Assembly: GCA_002269645.1 (NCBI GenBank)
Contig: NIVC01002803.1
Span: forward strand, 62,001 to 126,000
DNA length: 64,000 nt
From: Macrostomum lignano
Lineage: Eukaryota
Direction of reading: 5' to 3'
Under the pieces are notes generated by a model that saw only the letters and a program-made list of their open reading frames with translations, had not been told where the DNA came from and did not search any database. This document shows, in pieces, positions 43,060-54,700 of this stretch. Position numbers and translations under genes: made by a program. How positions within the stretch are numbered: position 1 is the stretch's first letter; the number at the start of each line of letters is the position of its first letter.

Positions 43060-46000
43060 ATGCATGGCTGCCGTTGCATGGCTGATGCTCAGTCACCGAC
43101 GCCTCCACCAGCTGATGCCATCTCTAATGACCAAAATTCCAACTGTGACAGTGCGCCACCCATCAGAGATAATGCAGCCCCTGCTGCTGCTAGAGAACTT
43201 TTGGACTCCAGTCTGACTGCTCCAACAGACACAAGCATTCTGAAAGAACAATTGCCTAATACTGAAGCACAGATGGAGCCTGTCAAAGCTGATAGAGCTC
43301 AGGAAGTGGCAGACTTTGGCGGAGGTCAAAATAACATTGCTGAATCATCTATGCCTGATCGGCCAGAGCCTCAAGTTGCATCGGAGGTGTTTCAAATGGA
43401 GCAGCAAGCGTCTGGTGCTGAATTAGGAGAGGAATTCGATTCTTCTGGGCCGCCTGAGCAGCCTGCTGAGTCAAACACAGTTGAGCAGAGTACTGAATCG
43501 GCTGAGCCTACTGCTGAGTCAGTTGAGCAGTCAGCCGCGAAAATCGAGATGCCAGTTGCGTCAGTTGAGCAGTCAGCTGAGTCGGTTGAGATGCCAGCTG
43601 AGTCGGTTGAGATGCCAGCTGAGTCAGTCGAGGTGCCAACTGAGTCGGTTGAGCAGTCAGCTGAGTCGATTGAGCAATTAGCTAAGTCGGTTGAGCAGTC
43701 AGCTGAGTCGATCAAGCAGTCAGCTGAGTCGGTTGAGATGCCATCTGAGTCGGTTGAGCAGTCAGCTGAGTCGGTTGAGATGCCATCTGAGTCGGTTGAG
43801 CAGTCAGCTGAGTCGGTTGAGATGCCAGCTGAGTCCATTGAGCAGTCAGCTGAGTCAATCGAGCAGTCAGCTGAGTCAGTTGAGCAGTCAGCTGAGTCAA
43901 TTGAGCAGCCTGCTAATGCTGATTTAGTCGAACAGTCTGTTGAGTCGATTGAGCAGTCCACTGAGTCGACAGAGCAACCTGCTGAGTCGGTTGAACAGTC
44001 TATTGAATCAATTAAGCAGTCTGCTGAGTTGGAAAAAGAAGATTTAGCACCGCCAACGGTTGCCCCAGCTGCAGCAGCTCAGCCTGCTACTATGGAGACT
44101 GAGCCTTCCATCGAGCGCGGTCCGGAATTCCAGTCAGAGAAATTGCCAGAAAAGCAGCCTACTGTTCAAGACGAGACCTTAATGCCCGAGACTGCTACAG
44201 AAGACGATGCGCCCGCTCTGAATGATGGAGAAAAGCTCAATACGGAGCCGTCTGCTGCCGATGCTGTTCCGGATTCCGCATTAGAATCAACTACTGCTGC
44301 CACTGATGAAAAAACGGCGGCAGCTGAAACTACTGAATCTGGCATAGATGGCAATGACGCAAAAAAGCCAATAGTAGAGACTGAAGACTCCGCTGCGCCT
44401 AACTTGAGCGAATCTTTAGCAGCCGAGGATTCTACCGCCGTCGACACTTCGGCAATCGAGCAGGCTCGCGGCGACGATGGCGAAGGTGCCAGTTCGGCGA
44501 ACGCCGTCCCGACTGCCGACACCGGCGTCAGTTTGTTGGACACGAGCGGCGTGTCGCTAGGCGAGGCCGAGCCGCGCGACTCGGACACTGCCGAGCCCGA
44601 CCAGGCCCAGGCCGAGAAGCCGGCAGAATTGGCCGAAGAACAGCAGAAGACGCCGCAATCGTCGCTCCCGAAGGATTGGAAATCGCTTGGCACTGCTATG
44701 ACAGGCCTGGACGACATTCTGGCTAACGCCGAGAGCATCGACGTGGAACAATACGAGGCATATCACGCGCCCAGGGTGCCTCCGCGCAAGCCCATGCCGC
44801 CGCAGCCGCCGCCGCAGCAACCGCAGGTGCCCGGCATGGCAGCCGGCGGTCCAGCGGCCGTACAGCAGCAGCAGCAGCACCTGCAGCACCATCACCAACA
44901 GCATCATCACCATCAGCAGCCGCAACAGCAGCAGTCGCAGCAGCAGTCTCAATCTCACTTACAGCCGCACGAGCTGGCGGCCGCTGCTCATCAACATTTC
45001 CGACAGCCTGGGGCAGCTGCCGCCGCCGCCGCCGCGGCCGCAGTTGGGTTCCCAGCCGCTATGCAGCCGCATCACGCTGCCGCCGCCGCCCAGATGATGT
45101 ACGCGCCGCAGTTCTTCGCCGCGCCGCACATGGCCGCCGCAGCCGCCGCAGCTGCTAGCGGCGCTCCGCCGGCTGCGCATCATCACCAGCACCACCAGCA
45201 GCTGATGCAGCAGCAGCATCACCCGCAGCATCATCAGCAGCTGCATCAGTCGCAACATCCGCAGTTCCAGCACTTGCAGCAGCAGCAGCAGCTGCAACAG
45301 CCGCAGCAGCAGGTGGCAGCTCAGCCAGCTCACAAATTCATGTGCAAGCACTGCAGCAAAAGCTACGCCAGCAAATCGTCTCTCCGATCGCACGTGAAGT
45401 CCATCCATCCTCAGCAGGCCGCCGCTGCCGCACTTGAACGACAGCAGGGGAGCAGCAGCGCCGTCAGCAGCAGGCTGCGGCTTTTCATCATCAACAGCAG
45501 CAGCAGCAGCAGCGTGGCATGCAAGCCCAGGTGGCGAGTAAGACGCCCATGCCTCAGCACCCTAACATACCACAGGCTCACGCTAAGCAGCTGCCACAGC
45601 ACCATCTCCAGGCTCAGCAGCAGCATCTTCATCAGCAGCAGCAGCCGCCGCAGCTGTACCCGCAGACTCCACTGCATCAGCAGCCGCCGCCTCCACCACC
45701 GCAGCAGCAGCAGCAACAACAGCAGCAGCAACAACAGCAGCAACATAGGCTATCGAATGATTGCCCAGTGCGCAACTGTTCTCAAGTATTTAGTCGCCGT
45801 TCGCAGCTTCGACGTCACATCGCCGAGATGCACGGCAGCCGGATGGTCTGTCCGTGGCCCGGCTGCGGTAAGATGTACAGCAGCGCGTCAGCCATGGGGG
45901 CCCACACCTGCAAGCACACGGGGCTTCGGCCGCTTGCCTGCCAACTCTGCGACTATCGCTGCCGGCTGCGCCTCTGTCTGCTGCGCCACCACCGCCAGAT

Positions 46001-46219
46001 GCATCCGCAGCACCCGCTGCCGCCGCTGCTCCACGCTCTAGCCAACCGGCCAGTTCCGGACACCTTTAACGACAGCCAGTCCGCCTCGGACTCGGACGAT
46101 TCCGACGCTGCTGTTGGCGGCGGAGGCTCGTCCGGTAAAGACAACCAGCTGCCGCCTCAGCTTCATCCTTACCAGACTGCGCCCCATCAGCAGCAGCCGC
46201 CTCCGCCGCCACCGCCGCC

Positions 46220-46281
<62 letters not shown>

Positions 46282-48407
46282 CTTCTCAAGCTCAGCAAGA
46301 CGAGAATTGCCTGTACGGCTTCAGCGATTTAGATAGCAGCAACGACGCGCCGTACATTCCGCCCATTGCCGGCCAGCAGCAGCCGCCGCAGCAGCAGCAG
46401 CAGCTTCAGGCGCATCAGCAATCGGCAAGTCGGGGAGGCGGTGGCCCGCCCCACGGTGTGCCGGCGGCGCCTAAGCAGATCGACTCGCAGATTGACGGCA
46501 TAATTAGCAATCTGGAGCAGGACTCAAATCTTATCGACTTCTTAGAGGACAAGCAGCAGCAGGCCGCTAGCGCCAAGGTCGGCCACTCCATCACCGACAT
46601 TGTCACCCCGGCCTCGTCCGTGGTAGCTTCGGAGGCCGCCGTCAAGCGACGCAGCGGTGGCGGCCCGTCCACTTCGCAGCAGGCGATGAAACGGCAGCCG
46701 TCCGACTCCGCTGGCGGCACCCCGGCCAAGCACCGGCACCAGATTCCGGACCTCATCAGCAGCGTCACCCGAGATCCGCCCAGCGTTGCCGGTCAATCGG
46801 ACGCCGGCAAAGACTTCCTAGACGAGGTGCTCGAAGATATACAGAGTATTCAGGACAAGGAGCGGGTTGGCGGACGGCATAGTAAAGCAGCCTCCCAGCA
46901 ACAGGCTCAACAGGTGCAGCAGCAGCAGCAGCAGCAGCAACCGCAGCAGGAGCAGCAAGCCAAAGCTGCGGCGGCAGCTGCGGCCGCGGCTGCAGCAGAT
47001 CAGGCCAAGGCGCTGGGCTCCATTGCCGGCCTGGGCGCTCTGGGCTCGTCTTCGTCCCTATTGGCGTCCTATTATTCAGCTGGCGCCTACGGCCAGATGT
47101 TTAACAATCAGTTTAATAGGCCGAGCTTTCCCGTGCACCCTGATCACCTGCGCTCCCTGTCCGCTCTCGGCTCCAAGTACATGGACGCCGCCGGCCCGTA
47201 CGCGCAGTACGCCCAGCAGCAGGCTGGGGTTTCATCCGCCGACCCCGCCTCCGCCGTGTCCACCTCGTCAACTGTCGCACCCGGCCTACCGCCGGCCGCC
47301 GGACCATCGGCCACCGTCGCTTCGTCGACGGCTTCGTCGGCCACCTCGTCGGCTGCTGCAGCCGCAGCCGCTGCTGCCGCCGCCGCTGCCGCCGCTGGCC
47401 AGACGTCGCTGGGCCTGGCAACTCCGTGGGATGCGTACGGCACCGGCGCCGGCGCTGCCTCGGCGGCAACCTCGACTGCCAATCCGACGGCTGCGTTCGA
47501 GTATCTGCGCAACCAGCTGTCCTCGGATTCTGGTAAGGCGGCTCCCGCTCTCTGAGTCATGATCCCACACTAATCCCACACTCTGAGTCATGATCCCACA
47601 CAAATCACACACCTTAAGTCATGATCCCACACAAATCACACACCTTAAGTCATGATCCCACACAATTCCCACACTTGGAGTCATGATCCCACACTAATCT
47701 CACACTCTGAGTCATGATCCCACACAATTCCCATACTCGGAGTCATGGTCCCACACAATTACCCCACCCTGAGTCATGATCCCACACAAATCTCACACTC
47801 TGAGAATCGTTATCCCACACACTGAGAATCGAAATCCCACACACTGAAAATCAAAATCCCACACACTGAGAATCGAAATCATACACTTTGAGAATCGAAA
47901 TCCCACGCACTGAGAATCGAACTCCCACACACAATGATCCCACAACCAGAGTGACACCCATAGGATTAGCATGGAAATGCTATTTCTGATGCCAATTGCC
48001 TCCCCCCGCCCCCAGCGGCCAAGCCCGATCCCTACCGGTCGTTCGGCGACGCCTACCGAGCCTCAACGGACCTGTACAACCCGCTGCACCAGTCGCTGCC
48101 GTACAACTCCAGCCTGTACGGCGCCAGGGACCCGGGCGCCATTGGCAGCTACCCGACTGCCCCGTTCGTCCAGCCGCCCAAGCCTGGCGCGGCCGGACCC
48201 GCTGCTGCTCATCCCGGCACCGCGGCCGCCGCCGCAGCCGCCGCTTTCATGCCGCCGTCCGGTTTCTATAATCCTGCCGCCGCCGCTGCTAATGTCTACG
48301 GCGCGGCGGCTGCTGCCGGCGGCCAGTTGAGGCCGCCGCTCACCTCGGACCCGTATAGGAATCCGATGCTGCCCACCATGCCGCTGAACCACCGCTACCC
48401 GTTCTGA
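43060..48407 (+). CDS. large C2H2 zinc-finger protein with acidic repeat N-terminus and polyQ/polyA tracts (1-nt frameshift at 45447-45450)
   Basis: ORF 43060-45447 (finger CKHCSKSYASKSSLRSHVKSIH) continues in the -1 frame to a G|GTAAGG donor at 47533, with fingers CPVRNC..H..H, CPWPGCGK..HTCKH and TGLRPLACQLCDYRCR..H..H. Last exon 48016-48407 ends ...NHRYPF*. The finger cluster loosely recalls the ZFP91/ZNF653 group (unconfirmed). Confidence 0.8.
43480..44030 (+). repeat. in-frame 21-bp coding minisatellite (7-aa SAESVEQ/PAESVEM units)
   Basis: GAGTCGGTTGAGCAGTCAGCT repeated roughly 20-25 times within the open frame. Confidence 0.9.
47552..47945. repeat. intronic 32-bp then 22-bp degenerate minisatellite
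   Basis: GAGTCATGATCCCACAC... followed by GAGAATCGAAATCCCACACACT. Confidence 0.85.
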
Positions 48408-50564
48408 TGCAGTGTACAGACAAGGTAATTCAACTTTATGAAACTTCAGCTGTTGCGTAATTAAGCGCGTGATCTTGAGAAGTGTCAGCTGGTCACGTGA
48501 TATCGGATAGAGAGCGCCCGAACCTGATAAATCTGCAGGTAGGAAAAAAAAGCTCAAAAAAGGTTTATCAACTGGCCCGAGAGTTCCAATTAATGCAGCT
48601 GAGAGTGATTATTGTCACGCGGATGTTATGATAATTATCATATCCAGTATTTATGCTTTGGAGTCCAGCATATATGATTTGTGTGTTTGCGTGTCACTAG
48701 CGATACTACTGCTGCCTAGCTAAACTCAGTAGTATTTTTCTCTATGTCCGCTCGCCTTTATATAGCTTCTAATGCTGCTTAATTATTAATTAATTTTATT
48801 CTGTAGCTCAGTCATCTCTATTGGCCTCCCGTTTATGATAATCCTTTGTGATGAACCCCCCCCCCTCTATCTGTGTGTTTATCCTGTTTATACACATACA
48901 TTGCTTTGAAATCGCATGTATCAATTTCTGGATTCAAGTGTACGTTTTTTATGTAAGAAAAAACTTTTTAAGCGCATGCAGAATTGCAAATTGATTAGTT
49001 TTAAATCGTGGCCCCTGTAAAATCCCTGATTGAGCGTTTTGGGGATCAATGCTGCTTTTTATAAAAAAAGAAAGTCTGGAACTAGCTCACCTGTACTACT
49101 AAGGCTTTTTTCTACTCGATATTACTGTCAGTAGCCACTTGCGCGTCTTTGCACAGCCGTCGCGTTTTACTAATTTATTTTGTATAAACATTTTTTAGTA
49201 CATGTAAAAATATACGATATCGGTTTTAATTGTTTTTTTCTAATCTAAACTGCATGTATATTCACCTGCCTTTATTATACTACTTGTCGTTAATAGTAGT
49301 AGTAGTATGAACAATTTTTTGTCGCCTAATTTTATTTATTCAACGGTTTTTGTAGAGCAAACGCCAGCTAGGGCCTTTTTAGCCTCTTCCCCAGCCGATG
49401 AAATGCATGCCTGTTTTCGCAACTTTGCCTCGCGAGCAATGACCAGTTTAGTATGTTTATATATTTATAATTTCACTCAGCTGTGCATAAGGTTCTCCAT
49501 CATTATATATTGACTTGCGTAAAAACTCGTACTTAACGCTTCGACGCGTCCTCCACTAGTTTTTGCACCTTTTTGTGTGTCTCACTGCAACTGTGTAAAT
49601 AATTCTGTTTTATATATTATATCATATATATTATACTAACCGTTTGCTTGTTAATTTAATTGTTAATAATAATGTTAATCAGCGATATAGATATCGTGGC
49701 AGTCCCCCATGTGTCTGCAGCTTTTATTATTTAATAATATAATTACTATAACTATATATTATTATTATTATTATCGTTATACAAAAATTTGCAGTAAAAC
49801 TATAGCCGATTATGCAGACTTACAATCTTTGAGAAGCAAGCCTTTGTATGTTGTCTGTCTGTCTCTTGGTCTAATTTATTTCCAATTAGTCCGCCATTTT
49901 GGTTCCGTTCTCACCTGTCTCAATGATGCAGCACTTTTTATTTATTAATCGCTTTTTAGTATTATAAAAAATAGGTGTGCGCGCTTGATTGTTGTAACCG
50001 CGAGCCATATTGCGCTTGCTACTACTGATAATGAAATTAATAAGTAGTATGATTGCAATCTAGTTAGTCTGTCTTTAATCGCCTTTTTTTAACTGGCTAA
50101 ATAATCCCAGCTGTCGCCTAGCTTAGCTAATCTCCCATCTTTTGCGCCCCTCTCACCTGTTTGGCCTCTGCTTCTAACTTTTTTATTTAACCTGCTCTAT
50201 ACATTATCAATTTCGGTTGCACCTGAGTGGTTATTATATTTCACTAAAGCTATGCAAAGTTGGCCCGTAACACTGGGTACAGTTTTGCTCTCATCTTCAT
50301 CACCATCATCATCACTATTACTAATTCTAATTTGCAATTAAATTTGAAAACAGCTTCTCCCACGTTATATGAACCGCAAACTAGCATACATATTCATATT
50401 CATAAATATATAAATCTAGCATATAGCATTCTCTGCTGTTATAACTTTTTTGTTTTTCTCGGCAGCATCCTGTAAAACTACGCAGATATTTGTTATTGGT
50501 GGCCTTTCTATCGACTTGCTTCTTTGGGGAACTCTTGATTGCCTTGCGCCAGCCATCACTTGAA

Positions 50565-51525
50565 GCTGATGCCATAATTAGCAGTTGCATCATCTGCAAT
50601 CACCTGTCATCATCAGCAGTTGCATAATCTGCAATCACCTGTCATCATCAGCAGTTGCATCATCTGCAATCACCTGTCATCATCAGCAGTTGCATCATCT
50701 GCAATCACCTAGTCATCATCAGCAGTTGCATCATCTGCAATCACCTGTCATCATCAGCAGTTGCATCATCTGCAATCACCTGTCATCATCAGCAGTTGCA
50801 TCATCTACAATCACCTGTCATCATCAGCAGTTGCATCATCTGCAATCACCTTGAAGCTGTGGGTGTCATCAGCAGTTGCATCATCTGCTATCACCTTGAA
50901 GCTGTGGGTGTCATCAGCAGTTACATCATCTGCAATCACCTGGTCATTATCAGCAGTTGCATCATCTGCAATCACCTGTCATTATCAGCAGTTGCATCAT
51001 CTGCAATCACCTGTCATTATCAGCAGTTGCATCATCTGCAATCACCTGTCATTATCAGCAGTTGCATCATCTGCAATCACCTAGTCATCATCAGCAGTTG
51101 CATCATCTGCAATCACCTAGTCATCATCAGCAGTTGCATCATCTGCAATCACCTGGTCATTATCAGCAGTTGCATCATCTGCAATCACCTAGTCATCATC
51201 AGCAGTTGCATCATCTGCAATCACCTAGTCATCATCAGCAGTTGCATCATCTGCAATCACCTAGTCATCATCAGCAGTTGCATCATCTGCAATCACCTAG
51301 TCATCATCAGCAGTTGCATCATCTGCAATCACCTAGTCATCATCAGCAGTTGCATCATCTGCAATCACCTAGTCATCATCAGCAGTTGCATCATCTGCAA
51401 TCACCTGGTCATCATCAGCAGTTGCATCATCTGCAATCACCTAGTCATCATCAGCAGTTGCATCATCTGCAATCACCTAGTCATCATCAGCAGTTGCATC
51501 ATCTGCCATCACCTTGAAGCTGTGG
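50565..51525. repeat. 36-bp minisatellite (CATCAGCAGTTGCATCATCTGCAATCACCTAGTCAT)n
   Basis: About 26 units lying between the converging 3' ends of the zinc-finger and cullin genes. Confidence 0.95.
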
Positions 51526-51735
51526 CTAGCATTACCATCTCTATTGTTCAAATAAAGTACGGAACTACTTCCGAAAAGTGTAGGAAGAATCTGTTTAATC
51601 GCGTATATTGCTCTAGAAATTAAGAGAACTATATAGTATGCTCGTTCAAAAAGTAGCCATGTTCTTACGGTTTCTTACGGTTTTTTGAAAACTTTGAAAT
51701 AAATAATAGCTATGCAAGTTGCTCACTCCGCCTTG

Positions 51736-54700
51736 TTACGGAATGTACTCGATGATGCTGCTGTCGTCAGTCTTTTCGGCGGCATCATCTTCGGCGAATT
51801 TCACGTAGCCCCCGGCAACCAGATAGGCGAGCTGGTCCTGCGAGGAAGTGTGGGGTGTATTGATTAGGAATTTGTGTACCGTTGTTTATGTAGCATCGAA
51901 ATAATTAACACTAATTGGACTAACGACGCACATTGGATTGGATTGACTAGGCTGTACAAAGACCTTAATTGGATTGACTAGGCTACACAAAGACCTTGGA
52001 TAGGATTAACTAGGCTGCACAAGATCTGAATTGGATTGACTAGGCTGCATGTACAAAGACCTGAATTGGATTGACTAGGCTGCACAAAGACCTGAATTGG
52101 ATTGACTAGGCTGCACAAGATCTGAATTGGATTGACTAGGCTGCACAAAGACCTTGGATAGGATTAACTAGGCTGCACAAGATCTGAATTGGATTGACTA
52201 GGCTGCACAAAGACCTGAATTGGATTGATTAGGCTGTACAAAAACCTGAATTGGATTGACGTCGAGACTGAACGAAGACCTGAGTTGGATTAACTTGGCT
52301 GCACAAAGACCTGGACTGGATTGACTAGGCTGCACAAAGACCTGAATTGGATTGACTAGACTGAACAAAGACCTGAGTTGGATTAACTTGGCTGCACAAA
52401 GACCTAGACTGGATTGACTAGGCTGCACAAAGACCTGAATTGGATTGACTAGACTGAACAAAGACCTGAGTTGGATTAACTTGGCTGCACAAAGACTTGG
52501 ATTGGATTGACTAGGCTGCACAAAGATCTATATGTAAATTGGATTGACTAGGCCCCACAAAGACCAATAAATTTAGAACAAAGATCTTAAACAAAAGCAG
52601 CTATATAAGGTTAAATTGGATAAATGCCACACAGTTCAAGCTTTTTGGATTAAGGACCCCAGCAACTCACCGCAAAAAAGGCAGTCTGCAGTGTGAACTG
52701 CTGCAGCTGTTCCTGCACTAATTGGAAAAGATCTTTTCTAGTCAGCTGACGCCGCTGCTTCATCACTGTCACGATGGCGCACTGGACTTTCTTCTCTTTC
52801 ATCCGTTGGTCCAGCTTCTCAAGGCGTCTGCGCTGCTTCTGGGCCTGCTGCTGCTGCAGGATCATCAGGTTCACCTGCTTTGCGTCACTGCGGAGCGGGT
52901 GGGATCAACTGTACACCACTCCCTGCAGCTCCCTCACAACCAGTCCGCTGACTCCTGAACACATGCAAGCGTGTCAATACTGTACGCAGGCACGGGCTCA
53001 TGCACACGCTCACGCAGGGTGTACAACGGCCCCTGACTTTCTAATCGTCAGACATGTACACTCTGTGTGGCTTGGGGGCTGGCCGTCACGGCTGTGAAGC
53101 GCACGACAACCCACCCGGTCAATTTTCGTTCACGCATCAAGCCCCAAATGAATATTTGGAACCGACCGACTAAGCTTCAACTCCGCTCACCTGTCAAAGC
53201 CGTCATTAACAGCGTAACAACGAGACCGTCTCCGACCTCCACCGCCACGGTCCTCGTCCTCGATCTCAGACTGCTGCACTTCGCTGCTGTCAGAATTTTC
53301 GAGCAGCACCCCGGCGCGGCTCAGATGGTGCAGGTAGAACGCCAGCTCCGTCTGCTTCATCCCGGTGCTCAGCTGCAGCTGGGTCTCCGTCACGCCCCGG
53401 TCCGATTCAGCTTCGTCGCAGTGCAGCAGCAGCAGCAGCACCGCGGCAGAGCAGCGCAGGTGAATCGGTGCGGCGCGTTGGCGCGGCCAGAATGCCAGCA
53501 GGCCGGAGCCGAACGAGTGCACCAGGCTCACCCTGCGCCCGCTGTGCCGCGACTCGTACTCTCGGACAGCCGCTTCGGCTACGGGAGCCAGCTGCAGGGG
53601 ATGCGGATCTTTGGTTGCTATCCGTGCGTGCAAGCCTTGCTTCTACATTTCACTCACCATCGTCAAAATTAATTTCGATACATATCGGTTATCGACACAG
53701 GCCTGGCCTAGTTTCCGCAGGTTCTATACATTTAAAGGCTTATAAATCACATTAGCAAACAGCTATAGATAGGCCTCAAAGGACTCCAAAATCTTTTTGA
53801 ATTTTATGGTGCTGCTGCATGAAAACGCCTAACTCACATAGAAGTTATATTGATGGATTTGGCAGGGATCTTCCCCACACTCCCTCTCTCGCTCACTCTC
53901 TCCCCTCTGACTCTCTCCCTCTCACTCTCTCCCCTTTCACTATCTCCCCTCCCGCTCTCTCTCCCCTCTCACTCTCTCCCCTTTCACTATCTCCCCTCTC
54001 GCTCTCTCTCCCCTCTCACTCTCTCTCGCCTCTCACTCTCTCCCCTCTCACTCTCTCTCGCCTCTCACTCTCTCCCCTCTCACTCTCTCTCGCCTCTCAC
54101 TCTCTCCCCTCTCACTCTCTCTCGCCTCTCATTCTCTCCCCTCTCACTCTCCCCTCTGACTCTCTCCCCCCTGACTTTCTCTCCCCTCATTCTCCTCCTC
54201 TCACTCTCTCCCCTCTGACTCTCTTCCCTCTGACCCTCTCCCCTCACTCTCCCCCTCTCATTCTCCTCCTCTCACTCTCTCCCCTCTGACTCTCTTCCCT
54301 CTGACCCTCTCCCCTCACTCTCCCCCTCTCATTCTCCTCCTCTCACTCTCTCCCCTCTCACTCTCTTCTCTCTTCACTCTCTCCCCTCTCTCTCCCCCTC
54401 CCTCTCTCTCTATATCTCCTTCGCTTCCTCTCCCATCTCCCTCCATCCTAGCCCCAGCTGGTCACCTGGCGCGGCAGGCGCGCAGACTCGGCGGAGATCC
54501 GCCAGAAGTAGCCGCGGGCGAAGGTGAACCGGACGGGCACCTGGCCGCCGAACAGCCGCCGCTGCAGGTCGCGATAATCCGTCCGTTCGCGCAGCTCCGC
54601 ATTGAAACTCTCTGATTCGCGGAAATCTTTCAGCACACTTTTCACCTCGTAGAGAGCCTTCCAGCCGCTCAGCTGGGTGAAGCTGTCGAGGGCGAAGGTC

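Noticed and set aside
45440-45460. Programmed -1 ribosomal frameshift
   Set aside because: No slippery heptamer. Similar single-base homopolymer frameshifts occur at about 3265 and 60830, pointing to long-read indel errors.
50585-51623. Cys/His-rich ORFs (ISSCIICNHL; HHQQLHHLQ) resembling metal-binding proteins
   Set aside because: All three frames come from the 36-bp tandem repeat, with no splice or codon evidence.
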